A DNA stretch of 64,000 nucleotides from NCBI GenBank assembly GCA_039808765.1, contig JBDHTQ010000004.1, forward strand, positions 74,287 to 138,286. Direction: 5' to 3'. The notes below the pieces were generated by a model. The model did no database searches. It was not told where the DNA came from and saw only the letters and a program-made list of their open reading frames with translations. The stretch is from Bdellovibrionales bacterium. GTDB taxonomy: Bacteria > Pseudomonadota > Alphaproteobacteria > UBA2400. A program made the translations under genes and the position numbers. Below, in pieces: positions 49,301 through 57,608 of the stretch; position 1 is the first letter of the stretch; each line of letters begins with the position of its first letter.

Positions 49301-49417
49301 TTACTGCGGACGAGGCCGACCAGTGACGGGACGCGGATCAACGTCAAGTTTGCGCGGCGAACGGCCACGGGCAGGTCGGCTGCGATAATTTTCAGTCGGA
49401 TTATTATCTTCAGACAT
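49301..49417 (-). CDS. Candidate 38-aa Pro/Arg-rich peptide gene (possible RiPP precursor/substrate), below the 60-aa ORF-track cutoff
   Basis: Translated by hand: MSEDNNPTENYRSRPARGRSPRKLDVDPRPVTGRPRPQ*. An SD-like GAGGTG lies 5 nt upstream of the ATG. The TAA stop abuts the GTG start of the ATP-grasp gene, and the ORF fills the gap between the methyltransferase and ATP-grasp genes. Confidence 0.4.
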   Translation of the reverse strand: MSEDNNPTENYRSRPARGRSPRKLDVDPRPVTGRPRPQ

Positions 49418-49476
49418 TTGGCACCTCACTCTACAGGCAATTCTAGCATCTGGCAAACGGGTTTTGCAAGCAGAAA

Positions 49477-50154
49477 TTATCCTTCAAAAATAAGCACGTT
49501 ATGACCGATTTCAGCAGTGTTAACTTTTTGGCCGACCGCTTCGCCCCATATACCGCCGATGATGTGGCGAGCATGGGTAATATCCCTGAACTGAAAGCTC
49601 GTTGCCAGCCGGGCGGTGATCCGAAAGCCGGCTACGTCCTGAAGCCAGGCGTTATAAGCGATTGAAACGGGGATTTTTTCTCTTATCTCTTCAAACATGC
49701 CGCTGGCATCGTTCTCAACCAGAAAAATTCTACCGCCGGGATGTAAAGAGGCGCGGACGCAGTTCAGAATATCTAGTCGCTTCGGCTCACTGCTAATGGT
49801 ACCAAGCATCCAGCAGGCGAGCGCGATATCGTATTTTCCGAGGTTGGGATTTTCAGCAGCATCGGCGTGAATGAATGAGATGTTTCTAAAGTTTCGGGTC
49901 TGCGCCCGCGCTATCGTCAGCTGCGCCTCAGCAGCGTCTAGCCCACAGATATGCTGCGCATGGGGAGCAAAAAGTCTTAGATATTTTCCGGTGCCGCAGC
50001 CGAGATCAAGCATGGTCTTGTTTTCGATGTGGGGTAATAGCCAATTAAAGACCTGGCCTCGGGCATCTTCAGCTGCGCAAAACTCTTCATAAAGATTGGC
50101 CTTCTGGTAATAGACTTCTGATTTTTCTTGAAGGTTGTTCTTGGAATAGCTCAT
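49477..50154 (-). CDS. Class I SAM-dependent methyltransferase (start trimmed to MSYSKNN, an ATGA overlap with the upstream stop)
   Basis: SAM-binding motif I LDLGCGTGKYL plus a motif II/III acidic loop. Length about 225 aa. Confidence 0.65.
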   Translation of the reverse strand: MSYSKNNLQEKSEVYYQKANLYEEFCAAEDARGQVFNWLLPHIENKTMLDLGCGTGKYLRLFAPHAQHICGLDAAEAQLTIARAQTRNFRNISFIHADAAENPNLGKYDIALACWMLGTISSEPKRLDILNCVRASLHPGGRIFLVENDASGMFEEIREKIPVSIAYNAWLQDVAGFRITARLATSFQFRDITHARHIIGGIWGEAVGQKVNTAEIGHNVLIFEG

Positions 50155-52565
50155 GCTTTCTTTTCCCATAGCAGAATGATGTCTTTGTTGTTGTCTTCCC
50201 ACGCGCTTTGAATCTCGATTTCCGTGTAAACGCCGTCGGCGTAATGACCGAAAGCTTTATGGCGAGCTTCCGAGTCGTTGATCCGGCTGCGCACGTTTGA
50301 TCCATTCATGTTGTAGGCGTCAAAGACGTAGCCGAGAATCATCTGACCGCCGGGCCGAAGGCGTTTAGCCATTGGCGTAACGATCTTCGACCGGAACTCT
50401 TCAAGATAATCACTGTCATACATGTGGTGCGCGTAATCGCTGAGGTTGGAGAGGAGGATGGTGTCGTAGCTGTCTTCCGTCTGTGCCATCTCTTCAGCTG
50501 TAAGGGTATTCCATTTCACCTCTAGCTTATGGCAAGCCGTCTGTGCTTTTGCATAGGCATCTATATTGGCGAGATAGGGATTGTTGAGAGCAATCCGCTC
50601 GCCTGACTGCTGTTTGCGGAACAAAGCCGAATGGCGCATAGCTGAGCCATCCATGTTGAAGAATTTGTAGGCGCTATCAAAGAAGTATCTGGCAGAAAGA
50701 CTTAATCCATCCCTGCAGATTTGATATCTATCGTGCTCCATAAGCAAGAGGAAATTCTGGAACTCTGAAATTCCGAAAGTATGGAGAGCTGCCAGCTTGA
50801 GTTCAGCCATATATTTTGCAAGCAGGTTGACGTCAAAATTTACAACGCTCTTCGCCCCAGCCATACAGACGTTGATCAATTGATCGCCCGATGCACCGAC
50901 GGTCAGGACGTCCTTGCCAGAAAAGTCGAGAAAGTTAAGATACCCGCCGATATTCTCTGTTGCGAAGGCATAGACAGGGCTCGCCTTTGAATAGCGCCCT
51001 CCGCGCTGAAGATTGGCGATCAGATCGCCTTCGAACAAGGAAGCGATGAATTCGGCCTCGGCAAATTGGGGAACGATTTGCATCGGGCAGCGATCAAGTC
51101 CTGATCGGGTAAGGCCAGTCACTAAATGCCGGAATGAAGTGTTCTCACGGTCCTCAAGAATTTCCCGTAGGGTGTGATCATGTAGCGTCTTTTCTGCGAT
51201 ATAAGTCGGGCGGCGCTCCGCCACCCACGTGCAGGGTGAAATACGCCCTTTATGGTCGATAAAGAGGAACCGCTCTCCACCAGGGCAGGCGCCGCAGCCC
51301 TCCTTCACCGTTTCGGCGAAGTTGCCGTTGACTTTGATGCGGCCCGAGAATTCCGCGCGAAGCGCCTCGATCTCAGCCTTCATTTCGCTGATGGGACGGT
51401 CACACAACATGGCTGGACGGTTGCGCATGCGTCCGACCGGTTCCATCAGGGAATAAATCACCTCATTGCAACCAAGCTCAAAACAGAATTCGGTGATTGC
51501 CCGCATTTCGTTCTGATTGTTCCGGTAAAGAACGCAACCAATACGCACATAAATTCCGTTGTCTACAAGATGTTTTAAGCCATTAATCGTCGGTGTATAA
51601 GTTCGCTTTCCACGTATTGCTTCCTGCAGCTCTTGCGTATGCCCGTCGAGGCTGACATGAACCATATCAAGCTTCAGAGAAGCTAGTTCCTGCACCACCT
51701 CTGCCGTGATGAAGGCGGCGTTTGTCGAGAGGTCCGTTCGGAAGTTCTGCTGGCGAGCATACTTCAGAATATCCATAAGATCGGGTCGCGTAAACGGCTC
51801 GCCCCCCGTGATCTTGAGATGCGTGAACCCGCATTCCTTCAGACCATCGATTGTCTCGTAAATTTTGGCCGTGGAAAGTTCATCGGCCTGCGGGCGCGAG
51901 GTCGAGCTGAAAATGCAGTAACGGCAGCCGTAGTTGCAGGTATTAGTTATTTCCCAGATGACTCGGCCGCCATGGCGGGGAATGCGGAAGAGGCAGAACG
52001 ACGTTGCAGGATCGTAATCATCGGCGCAGAGTTCATAGGCTTTCTCTATATTATCGTCGATCAACCCAGCGGTTGTATCCACAAGTTGATATGGTTTGCC
52101 ATATTGTTCAAGAAGAGTGATTATCTCTGACGTTGGCATTTGCCTCTTTAAGCGCGCATCAATCTGCGCGTTCGAAAGATCTCCGCCTTGGAGGCGCGCC
52201 ATGCGCTCAATATCATTGCAATGCACGACGATGACACCGTCGACCATATCGAGATATCCATCCTCGATAAGTCGCGCCCATTCTAGGACGACAAGACCTT
52301 CCGCAGCCTGGACTTGCCGTTGCGCCTCGGTGCGCGTAGACTCGCTTACTTTCTCCCACAAAGCCTCAAAATGATCGGGGTCGGAGCCACCGATAGTGCG
52401 GCGTATCGTGTCGATGGAAACAAGAGTGGCTCCCACTTTTTTGACCAGACGATCCGCCAGCGTCGTTTTTCCCGCTCCCATGCCGCCCGTAATGCCGATG
52501 ACGCGTGAGGCCATTCTAATATTCCCAGCCAAGGCCATAGCGCAGCGGGCAGAGCGACACGACAT
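50151..52565 (-). CDS. Three-part fusion protein: a P-loop kinase-like N-terminus (dephospho-CoA-kinase-like), a radical SAM core with a SPASM/twitch-like Cys-rich extension, and a C-terminal domain of unknown function
   Basis: The N-terminal VIGITGGMGAGKTTLADRL is a CoaE/AAA-kinase P-loop. The radical-SAM cluster motif is TNTCNYGCRYCIF (CxxxCxxC). An auxiliary Cys region follows (CGACPGG...ISPCTW). A further roughly 280-aa domain brings the total to 804 aa. Confidence 0.55.
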   Translation of the reverse strand: MSCRSARCAMALAGNIRMASRVIGITGGMGAGKTTLADRLVKKVGATLVSIDTIRRTIGGSDPDHFEALWEKVSESTRTEAQRQVQAAEGLVVLEWARLIEDGYLDMVDGVIVVHCNDIERMARLQGGDLSNAQIDARLKRQMPTSEIITLLEQYGKPYQLVDTTAGLIDDNIEKAYELCADDYDPATSFCLFRIPRHGGRVIWEITNTCNYGCRYCIFSSTSRPQADELSTAKIYETIDGLKECGFTHLKITGGEPFTRPDLMDILKYARQQNFRTDLSTNAAFITAEVVQELASLKLDMVHVSLDGHTQELQEAIRGKRTYTPTINGLKHLVDNGIYVRIGCVLYRNNQNEMRAITEFCFELGCNEVIYSLMEPVGRMRNRPAMLCDRPISEMKAEIEALRAEFSGRIKVNGNFAETVKEGCGACPGGERFLFIDHKGRISPCTWVAERRPTYIAEKTLHDHTLREILEDRENTSFRHLVTGLTRSGLDRCPMQIVPQFAEAEFIASLFEGDLIANLQRGGRYSKASPVYAFATENIGGYLNFLDFSGKDVLTVGASGDQLINVCMAGAKSVVNFDVNLLAKYMAELKLAALHTFGISEFQNFLLLMEHDRYQICRDGLSLSARYFFDSAYKFFNMDGSAMRHSALFRKQQSGERIALNNPYLANIDAYAKAQTACHKLEVKWNTLTAEEMAQTEDSYDTILLSNLSDYAHHMYDSDYLEEFRSKIVTPMAKRLRPGGQMILGYVFDAYNMNGSNVRSRINDSEARHKAFGHYADGVYTEIEIQSAWEDNNKDIILLWEKKA

Positions 52566-53910
52566 TCATATTTGGTGTGCGGTACCGAAGTGCCTCCACG
52601 TTCATAAATTCATCCGGGTGGCGGACCACAGCATAGCCACCCCCGCTCAGTTCTGCTGCGATGCCCTCGACGGCTTCGCGCACCCGCTCGGAGCTTACCT
52701 TGGCTAGGTTCTGGTTCTGCATGCCCTGATGAATGTATTGCGTCGAAGGAATGTCGGAATAATCCTCATAAATTCTGCTACCCATGCGGATGGCCAGATG
52801 GTGCAGCCGCACTTCTTCAGTGCGAAGTTCCAGAATGAGATCGGCCGTGCGTTGGAGTTCATCCTCAGTTGATCCGGGCAGATCCATGATCCAGCTTGTC
52901 CGCACGCGGAAACCCATCTCTCGTGTGCGATTCACGATGCGGCGCACATCGTCCGCATTGACCTTCTTGTGGATAGAGTTTAGAAGCCGATCATCGCCGG
53001 ATTCGACGCCATAGTGGATCCAGCGGAATCCCGCCTCATGCATGGTTTCCATCATCTCTTCTTCGAACAGGTTGAGCGAGCCGAGGCACCCCATTGCGAC
53101 TTTTATCTTGCGCGCGATAAGTTCTTCGCAGATATCCTTCATACGTTTGCGTCCGACGGTTGCGTTATCGTCGAGGAACAAAATTTTCTTCGCGCCGCAT
53201 TCATTGACGAGATACTCAATCTCATTTGCGATGGCTCCAGCACTGCGTCCGCGCCAGTTGCCCCAGAATCCGGGGACATGGCAGAAATCGCATTTCATGT
53301 GGCATCCACGGCTGGAAAGGATGGTACGTACATCGATATAGGCATCAAGGTCAACGAGGCTGCGTTTAGCGATGGGAAGCGTGTCGAGATCGAACGGCTG
53401 GCTTGGGCGATCCGTGACGTGAATGTCTAGACTTCCGTCCAGATAGCAAATCCCCGGTATTTGCTTGAGCGAATTCTGAGACCATGTTGGTACCGCAAGT
53501 AGCGCGCTCAGAGCCAGCTCCATCTCATGCCGTATCAGAACATCTACAGGCGTCCCGCTGAAAAGAAGCTGCTCAGGCTTATAGGTCGCCGTTTTCCCAC
53601 CAACGATGACCTTTGCCCCCCGCGCCCTAGCCTGATCAGCGATGTTCCGAACAGCCTCAAGCGTCCCATCGCAATGAAGAGGGATGTGATAATCATAGAT
53701 GATAATGGCGATATCATATGCAAAATCGGTCATATGATTTTTGAAATCTTCCGGTCGGATCTGGCGGACATCCATATCCAACAGTCGCACTTCATGGCCG
53801 AGCACCGCGACAAAGGATGCCGTAACCAAAACATCGATTGGCTCGATCAGGATACCCTTGGAACTGAACGGCACATTTGGCGGATTGATGATCAATGCCT
53901 TCATTTCCAA
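52516..53910 (-). CDS. B12-binding-domain radical SAM protein (class B rSAM)
   Basis: An N-terminal Rossmann-like B12-binding region (MKALIINPP...) is followed by SSRGCHMKCDFCHV (CxxxCxxC) and a TIM-barrel radical-SAM core. Length 464 aa. Confidence 0.7.
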   Translation of the reverse strand: MEMKALIINPPNVPFSSKGILIEPIDVLVTASFVAVLGHEVRLLDMDVRQIRPEDFKNHMTDFAYDIAIIIYDYHIPLHCDGTLEAVRNIADQARARGAKVIVGGKTATYKPEQLLFSGTPVDVLIRHEMELALSALLAVPTWSQNSLKQIPGICYLDGSLDIHVTDRPSQPFDLDTLPIAKRSLVDLDAYIDVRTILSSRGCHMKCDFCHVPGFWGNWRGRSAGAIANEIEYLVNECGAKKILFLDDNATVGRKRMKDICEELIARKIKVAMGCLGSLNLFEEEMMETMHEAGFRWIHYGVESGDDRLLNSIHKKVNADDVRRIVNRTREMGFRVRTSWIMDLPGSTEDELQRTADLILELRTEEVRLHHLAIRMGSRIYEDYSDIPSTQYIHQGMQNQNLAKVSSERVREAVEGIAAELSGGGYAVVRHPDEFMNVEALRYRTPNMNVVSLCPLRYGLGWEY

Positions 53911-54278
53911 ATGTTTACCTCAATTCTTAAAAGATGGGGCAGACTAACATATCTCTCTTCGAGAAATCCACTTTAATATATTGAACTCAAGCCTTGTTTT
54001 CTGGCCTCGCGTCCGAACCTACGGACCTCCAAAATAGCCATCATTTACCCCGGTTAAGGTATAGCACCGAGTGCTATTAACATCAAGGTAGTATACCTGT
54101 GTGTTTGGGTCATTCTGAGATCAGGTTTCTCACCTGAATCTCTCCCTTGCAGAGGAGAGTCCTGCAATCGGTATCCTGCATCGTTGCAGAGCAACATTTC
54201 TGTTATGAAATGACATAATATCAGCTGGTTAGGCCATATCATGACAGGAATTAGCCATGGTTGGGCATATAGTTGCTG

Positions 54279-54470
54279 GTCGGACCGGGAGTTCGACTCT
54301 CCTTTGCTCCACCATTCCGTCAGGGCGGTCAGGCCATTTTGCATATATCCCCTGCTTTTTCCCCGATTGAGGGGGTATTTCGCCACCACCGGGTCGGGGA
54401 GAGCGAACTTCCCGCCCTTAATCGGCCTCTTCGGGCTAGAATTCTCCGTTTCAGATTGTGTCCGACCCGA
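54279..54470 (+). repeat. Direct repeat copy 2 (attR-like). It consists of the tRNA-Ala 3' fragment plus the downstream segment.
   Basis: It matches 47958-48145, including GGGAGTTCGACTCTCCTTTGCTCCACCA. Only the 3' end of the tRNA is duplicated, as expected for a tRNA-targeted insertion. Confidence 0.6.
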
Positions 54471-54735
54471 TAGACCGTTATTGGGCTGCATCAAAGCTAA
54501 GCGTATGGCGCTGTTCCTGCCACATGAGAGAAAGGGGTTTGCTGACCAGCTTTTCTTTGCTCAGGCCGTCCGGCTGCTTGCCAGCGAGGATATCCTTGTT
54601 GTTAATAATGATCCCATCATCTGCTGAAACTACAGCTGAAACTACAGATGCTGACAGCCAAACGAGCAGCGTTTTTAGCTTGGTAGTTTCTGTCGGGGTA
54701 TGCAAGAATGACGAGATAAAAATAGGTAGGTTATC

Positions 54736-55479
54736 TTGGAAAGAATTGCCTGCGATAGAGAAATGATTACCCTGCCTCCAGCGCATGAGTTTGCGAAGTT
54801 GGAGACGAAGGTGTTTCGCACACTTAAAGATGCACACTTGGCAATGCGTGATATTGAGGAGCTGCCATTTTTTAAAATGTCCGATGAAAAGTTGCGGCCT
54901 GATATTAGAAAGGTAGTAAAAGTAATTCTAGATTTGACGCCCGAGCTAGTTAAGTTTGTCCAAGCGCAGTTTGACAGCAAAATTCTACATTTGTCGCTTG
55001 GCGGGTCGGCTGTTTTTAGGAGCAACCCAGCTGACTTGGATTTTAATTTAATCGTTAGTGGGTCTCATTTTTCATATCGGGAATATGCTTTTAGTCAAAT
55101 TGGGATACGAGGCGCGCCGCAAGATATCCTTGATCAATTTTCTTTTATTGCGTTTGGCGCAGATAATCTCGCTGGCACTGCTGCATGTGAGGATAGTATT
55201 TTAAACAAAGGATATTTGCACCAAGACATCATAAGCAGAGAGTTGATAATTTATGATATGCGGAATTTGCTTCTCTACGGACATCCAGTCACGGTTTCTC
55301 CAGGAGTAGACTTGATACTGAAGCGTGTGATGACTGGTATTGGCTTTGCTCGCCGGGGGCTTACAGGAGAGGTCGTGCGCTACACGACTCCAGAGAGAAA
55401 AATAAGAAAAGCTGTTTCAAGAATTGAAGAGGCGGAAGCTATCATCAAGGAGCTTATTCGCCGTGGTGCATCAGGCTAA
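54736..55479 (+). CDS. Nucleotidyltransferase-fold (Pol-beta superfamily) protein of unknown function
   Basis: hG[GS]x9-13Dh[DE]h signature present: HLSLGGSAVFRSNPADLDFNLIV. Length 247 aa (the start may be at MITLPPAH). Confidence 0.35.
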   Translation: MERIACDREMITLPPAHEFAKLETKVFRTLKDAHLAMRDIEELPFFKMSDEKLRPDIRKVVKVILDLTPELVKFVQAQFDSKILHLSLGGSAVFRSNPADLDFNLIVSGSHFSYREYAFSQIGIRGAPQDILDQFSFIAFGADNLAGTAACEDSILNKGYLHQDIISRELIIYDMRNLLLYGHPVTVSPGVDLILKRVMTGIGFARRGLTGEVVRYTTPERKIRKAVSRIEEAEAIIKELIRRGASG

Positions 55480-56543
55480 CAGGCCGGCCCCTTGCTTTTA
55501 ATACTGGCTATTGATTGTTCGATTACAACTGACATATCGCTGGAATTAATAGCTGATAACCTGTTGTAGAGAGTTGCCAAGACTGATTGATCTTTCTGAA
55601 AGCGCAAACCCATCCTTCTGGAATAGGTCAGTAGTTCTTTTTGTCTTGAAGAGTAGCTCCAGTTTTTGCCATCAAGACTAAGTAGCGAAAGCAAGCGAAG
55701 AATTTCTGGCTCACTGACTATGCTTCGGATAGCAGGATCTGCGAGCACCTCATTTGCAGGCATCTTTGACAGCCCAATATAGCCGAGTGGTGGTAAGCTT
55801 AGATTCCGGAATCCAAAATTGAATGGTGCGACCTTATTAAGAGTGCCAAGTCCAACAAACGCCCACGCGCGATCATGAGACAGCTTCTCAGCTAGGTATA
55901 TGGGAAATAGGGCATTGCTCACTCTAGGGTCAAGTTTAAGGTCATTTAAGCCAATTGAATTGAGTGGAACTCCGGTCTTTCTCTTTTTGCTAATGAGAGC
56001 TTGCTGCGGCATAGAGGCAAGCTGACCTGACCAGTTAGATGGTTTGTTGATAATAGGCAGATATAGTGATAATTCATTTGCATGATGGGCGAGCGGCATA
56101 CTTAAAATATTGCGCGTTTGATGAGCGGGGGTGATTGGTTTTCCGCAGTTCGCGCAATCAACGGGTGCAGGCGCTGTAGCAAAGGCCTGAGGGCCGTCAC
56201 AGCTGCTACAAACTAGAATTTTTTGCTGGCTGAGGGTGATCGTACCACTCTCAATCGCGCGCATGAGTTGAACTCCCACCCAACTATGAAAAGCTGGATC
56301 GTTATCAAAGTAATGAGGCTTGTCTTTGCTGTACATGCTATAAGCACGCAGTGTGTCTTCATAGCGCTTAAAGGGATCATCAATTCCGGTTTTAAGTCCG
56401 GTATTCCACAGAGCGTGGCCAGTTAGTCCCGGGATATGTAATTCGTTAAAAATATCAGTTAGTACAACAGGGAGCAGTCTCCCTGGAGCAGAGATGGATA
56501 AGTTAGCCATTCCCACTGGCGAGGTTGTTATTATGGTTTTCAT
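55476..56543 (-). CDS. Hypothetical protein with a C-x2-C...C-x2-C zinc-ribbon-like segment
   Basis: 355 aa. The segment LVCSSCDGPQAFATAPAPVDCANCGKP suggests a Zn ribbon. There are weak class-I-synthetase-like hints (HIPG...GH, LSKM) but no confident family. The gene is AT-rich. Confidence 0.3.
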   Translation of the reverse strand: MKTIITTSPVGMANLSISAPGRLLPVVLTDIFNELHIPGLTGHALWNTGLKTGIDDPFKRYEDTLRAYSMYSKDKPHYFDNDPAFHSWVGVQLMRAIESGTITLSQQKILVCSSCDGPQAFATAPAPVDCANCGKPITPAHQTRNILSMPLAHHANELSLYLPIINKPSNWSGQLASMPQQALISKKRKTGVPLNSIGLNDLKLDPRVSNALFPIYLAEKLSHDRAWAFVGLGTLNKVAPFNFGFRNLSLPPLGYIGLSKMPANEVLADPAIRSIVSEPEILRLLSLLSLDGKNWSYSSRQKELLTYSRRMGLRFQKDQSVLATLYNRLSAINSSDMSVVIEQSIASIKSKGPAC

Positions 56544-56623
56544 TATGCCCCCATGGATTTTTAATCACATTTAAGTGAGCAAGGTCAACGTTGAATTGTA
56601 GGTGGCCATCCGTTTTTGTATGA

Positions 56624-57547
56624 TCATAACTTAATAAATCTGGAGATTTCTAATTTAAGTAATTTGTCCTGTAGTGGGCTGCCATGTCCATAATCGGGCA
56701 CGATGAACAGTTTTGAGTTATTCATCGCTTTATGAAGAGCCCACGCCTGCTCAGGCGGGCAGACAAAATCGAGGCGATTATGAACAATGAGAGTGTGTTT
56801 ATCTTTGATGATGTCGATGTTATCCAGAATTTGGTTGTCACAGAGGAAGAAATTTTCTTTTTCATAATGCATACGAATCCTGAAATTATCTAGATGTGCG
56901 CCACTGGGTTCGTTCTGGCTAATTTCTGGCGATAGGCTGCCAAGTTCATGCTCATAGCTGCCGTATTTGTTCAGTGCTGAGATGCATTGTTGTTTGTCAC
57001 CTGATAATGCTAGAGCGGCGTAATATTGCTGTGCGTTCGTATTTTTCGGCAGATTAGATGTAACGTTCTCCATAAGGTCAGGATAGAAGCGACCAGAATC
57101 GTGTGCGATCCAATCAATGTCCACGCGACGGGCAAGAAAAGCTTGGGTGATAATGATCTTATTGACCAGCGCTGGGTAAGTTTCTGCAAAGACTAAAGCG
57201 AGCGTTGCGCCCCACGAACAGCCGTAAATTACTGCGTGATCAATGTTGAGCTTATCAAGAAGCCTTTTTGCATCGTGAACGGTATGTTGTGTTGTGTTTT
57301 CCTCTAATTTGCCGGTTGGTAGCGATTTTCCGCGACCACGTTGATCGAACATTATGATACGACAGACATTCAAATTAAAAGCATTTGCATGTTTTGGTTT
57401 GCTAAAAGAGCCAGGGCCACCATGAAAGGAGAGAATTGGCAGTCCATTTGGATTCCCAAACTCATGAAAGTAGACCAAATGTCCATCCTCTTCGGGAAGA
57501 TAGCCTGTATTGAACGGTTTGTGTTCTCTGCTTATAAAGGTAAACAT
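56624..57547 (-). CDS. Alpha/beta hydrolase, proline-iminopeptidase-like
   Basis: HGGPGS oxyanion motif and the nucleophile elbow GCSWG. The N-terminus (YLPEEDGHLVYFHEFGNPNGLPILSFHGGPG) matches the prolyl aminopeptidase family. Confidence 0.6.
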   Translation of the reverse strand: MFTFISREHKPFNTGYLPEEDGHLVYFHEFGNPNGLPILSFHGGPGSFSKPKHANAFNLNVCRIIMFDQRGRGKSLPTGKLEENTTQHTVHDAKRLLDKLNIDHAVIYGCSWGATLALVFAETYPALVNKIIITQAFLARRVDIDWIAHDSGRFYPDLMENVTSNLPKNTNAQQYYAALALSGDKQQCISALNKYGSYEHELGSLSPEISQNEPSGAHLDNFRIRMHYEKENFFLCDNQILDNIDIIKDKHTLIVHNRLDFVCPPEQAWALHKAMNNSKLFIVPDYGHGSPLQDKLLKLEISRFIKL

Positions 57548-57608
57548 GGATTATTCCAATATTATAGTACGATGAAGAAATATACTAACGACGATGAAAA
57601 AGTCAAAG

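Noticed and set aside
47990-54280. Looked for an integrase, recombinase or transposase inside or next to the repeat-bounded insert
   Set aside because: None of the ORFs there has integrase or transposase motifs. The insert is therefore reported as an integrase-less island with that caveat.
54624-54647. Tandem duplication of the 12-mer CTGAAACTACAG
   Set aside because: Only two copies, in non-coding or doubtful coding sequence. Most likely a trivial slippage product.
54478-54837. 119-aa minus-strand ORF abutting the attR-like repeat, considered as a possible integrase remnant
   Set aside because: No tyrosine-recombinase motifs (R..H..R..Y box) could be recognised. It overlaps the probable 5' end of the NTase-fold gene on the other strand.
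55476-56543. Considered calling the 355-aa protein a truncated class I aminoacyl-tRNA-synthetase-like enzyme, on the basis of HIPG..GH and LSKM fragments
   Set aside because: The matches to HIGH/KMSKS are too degenerate to support the call. Left as hypothetical with a zinc-ribbon-like segment.
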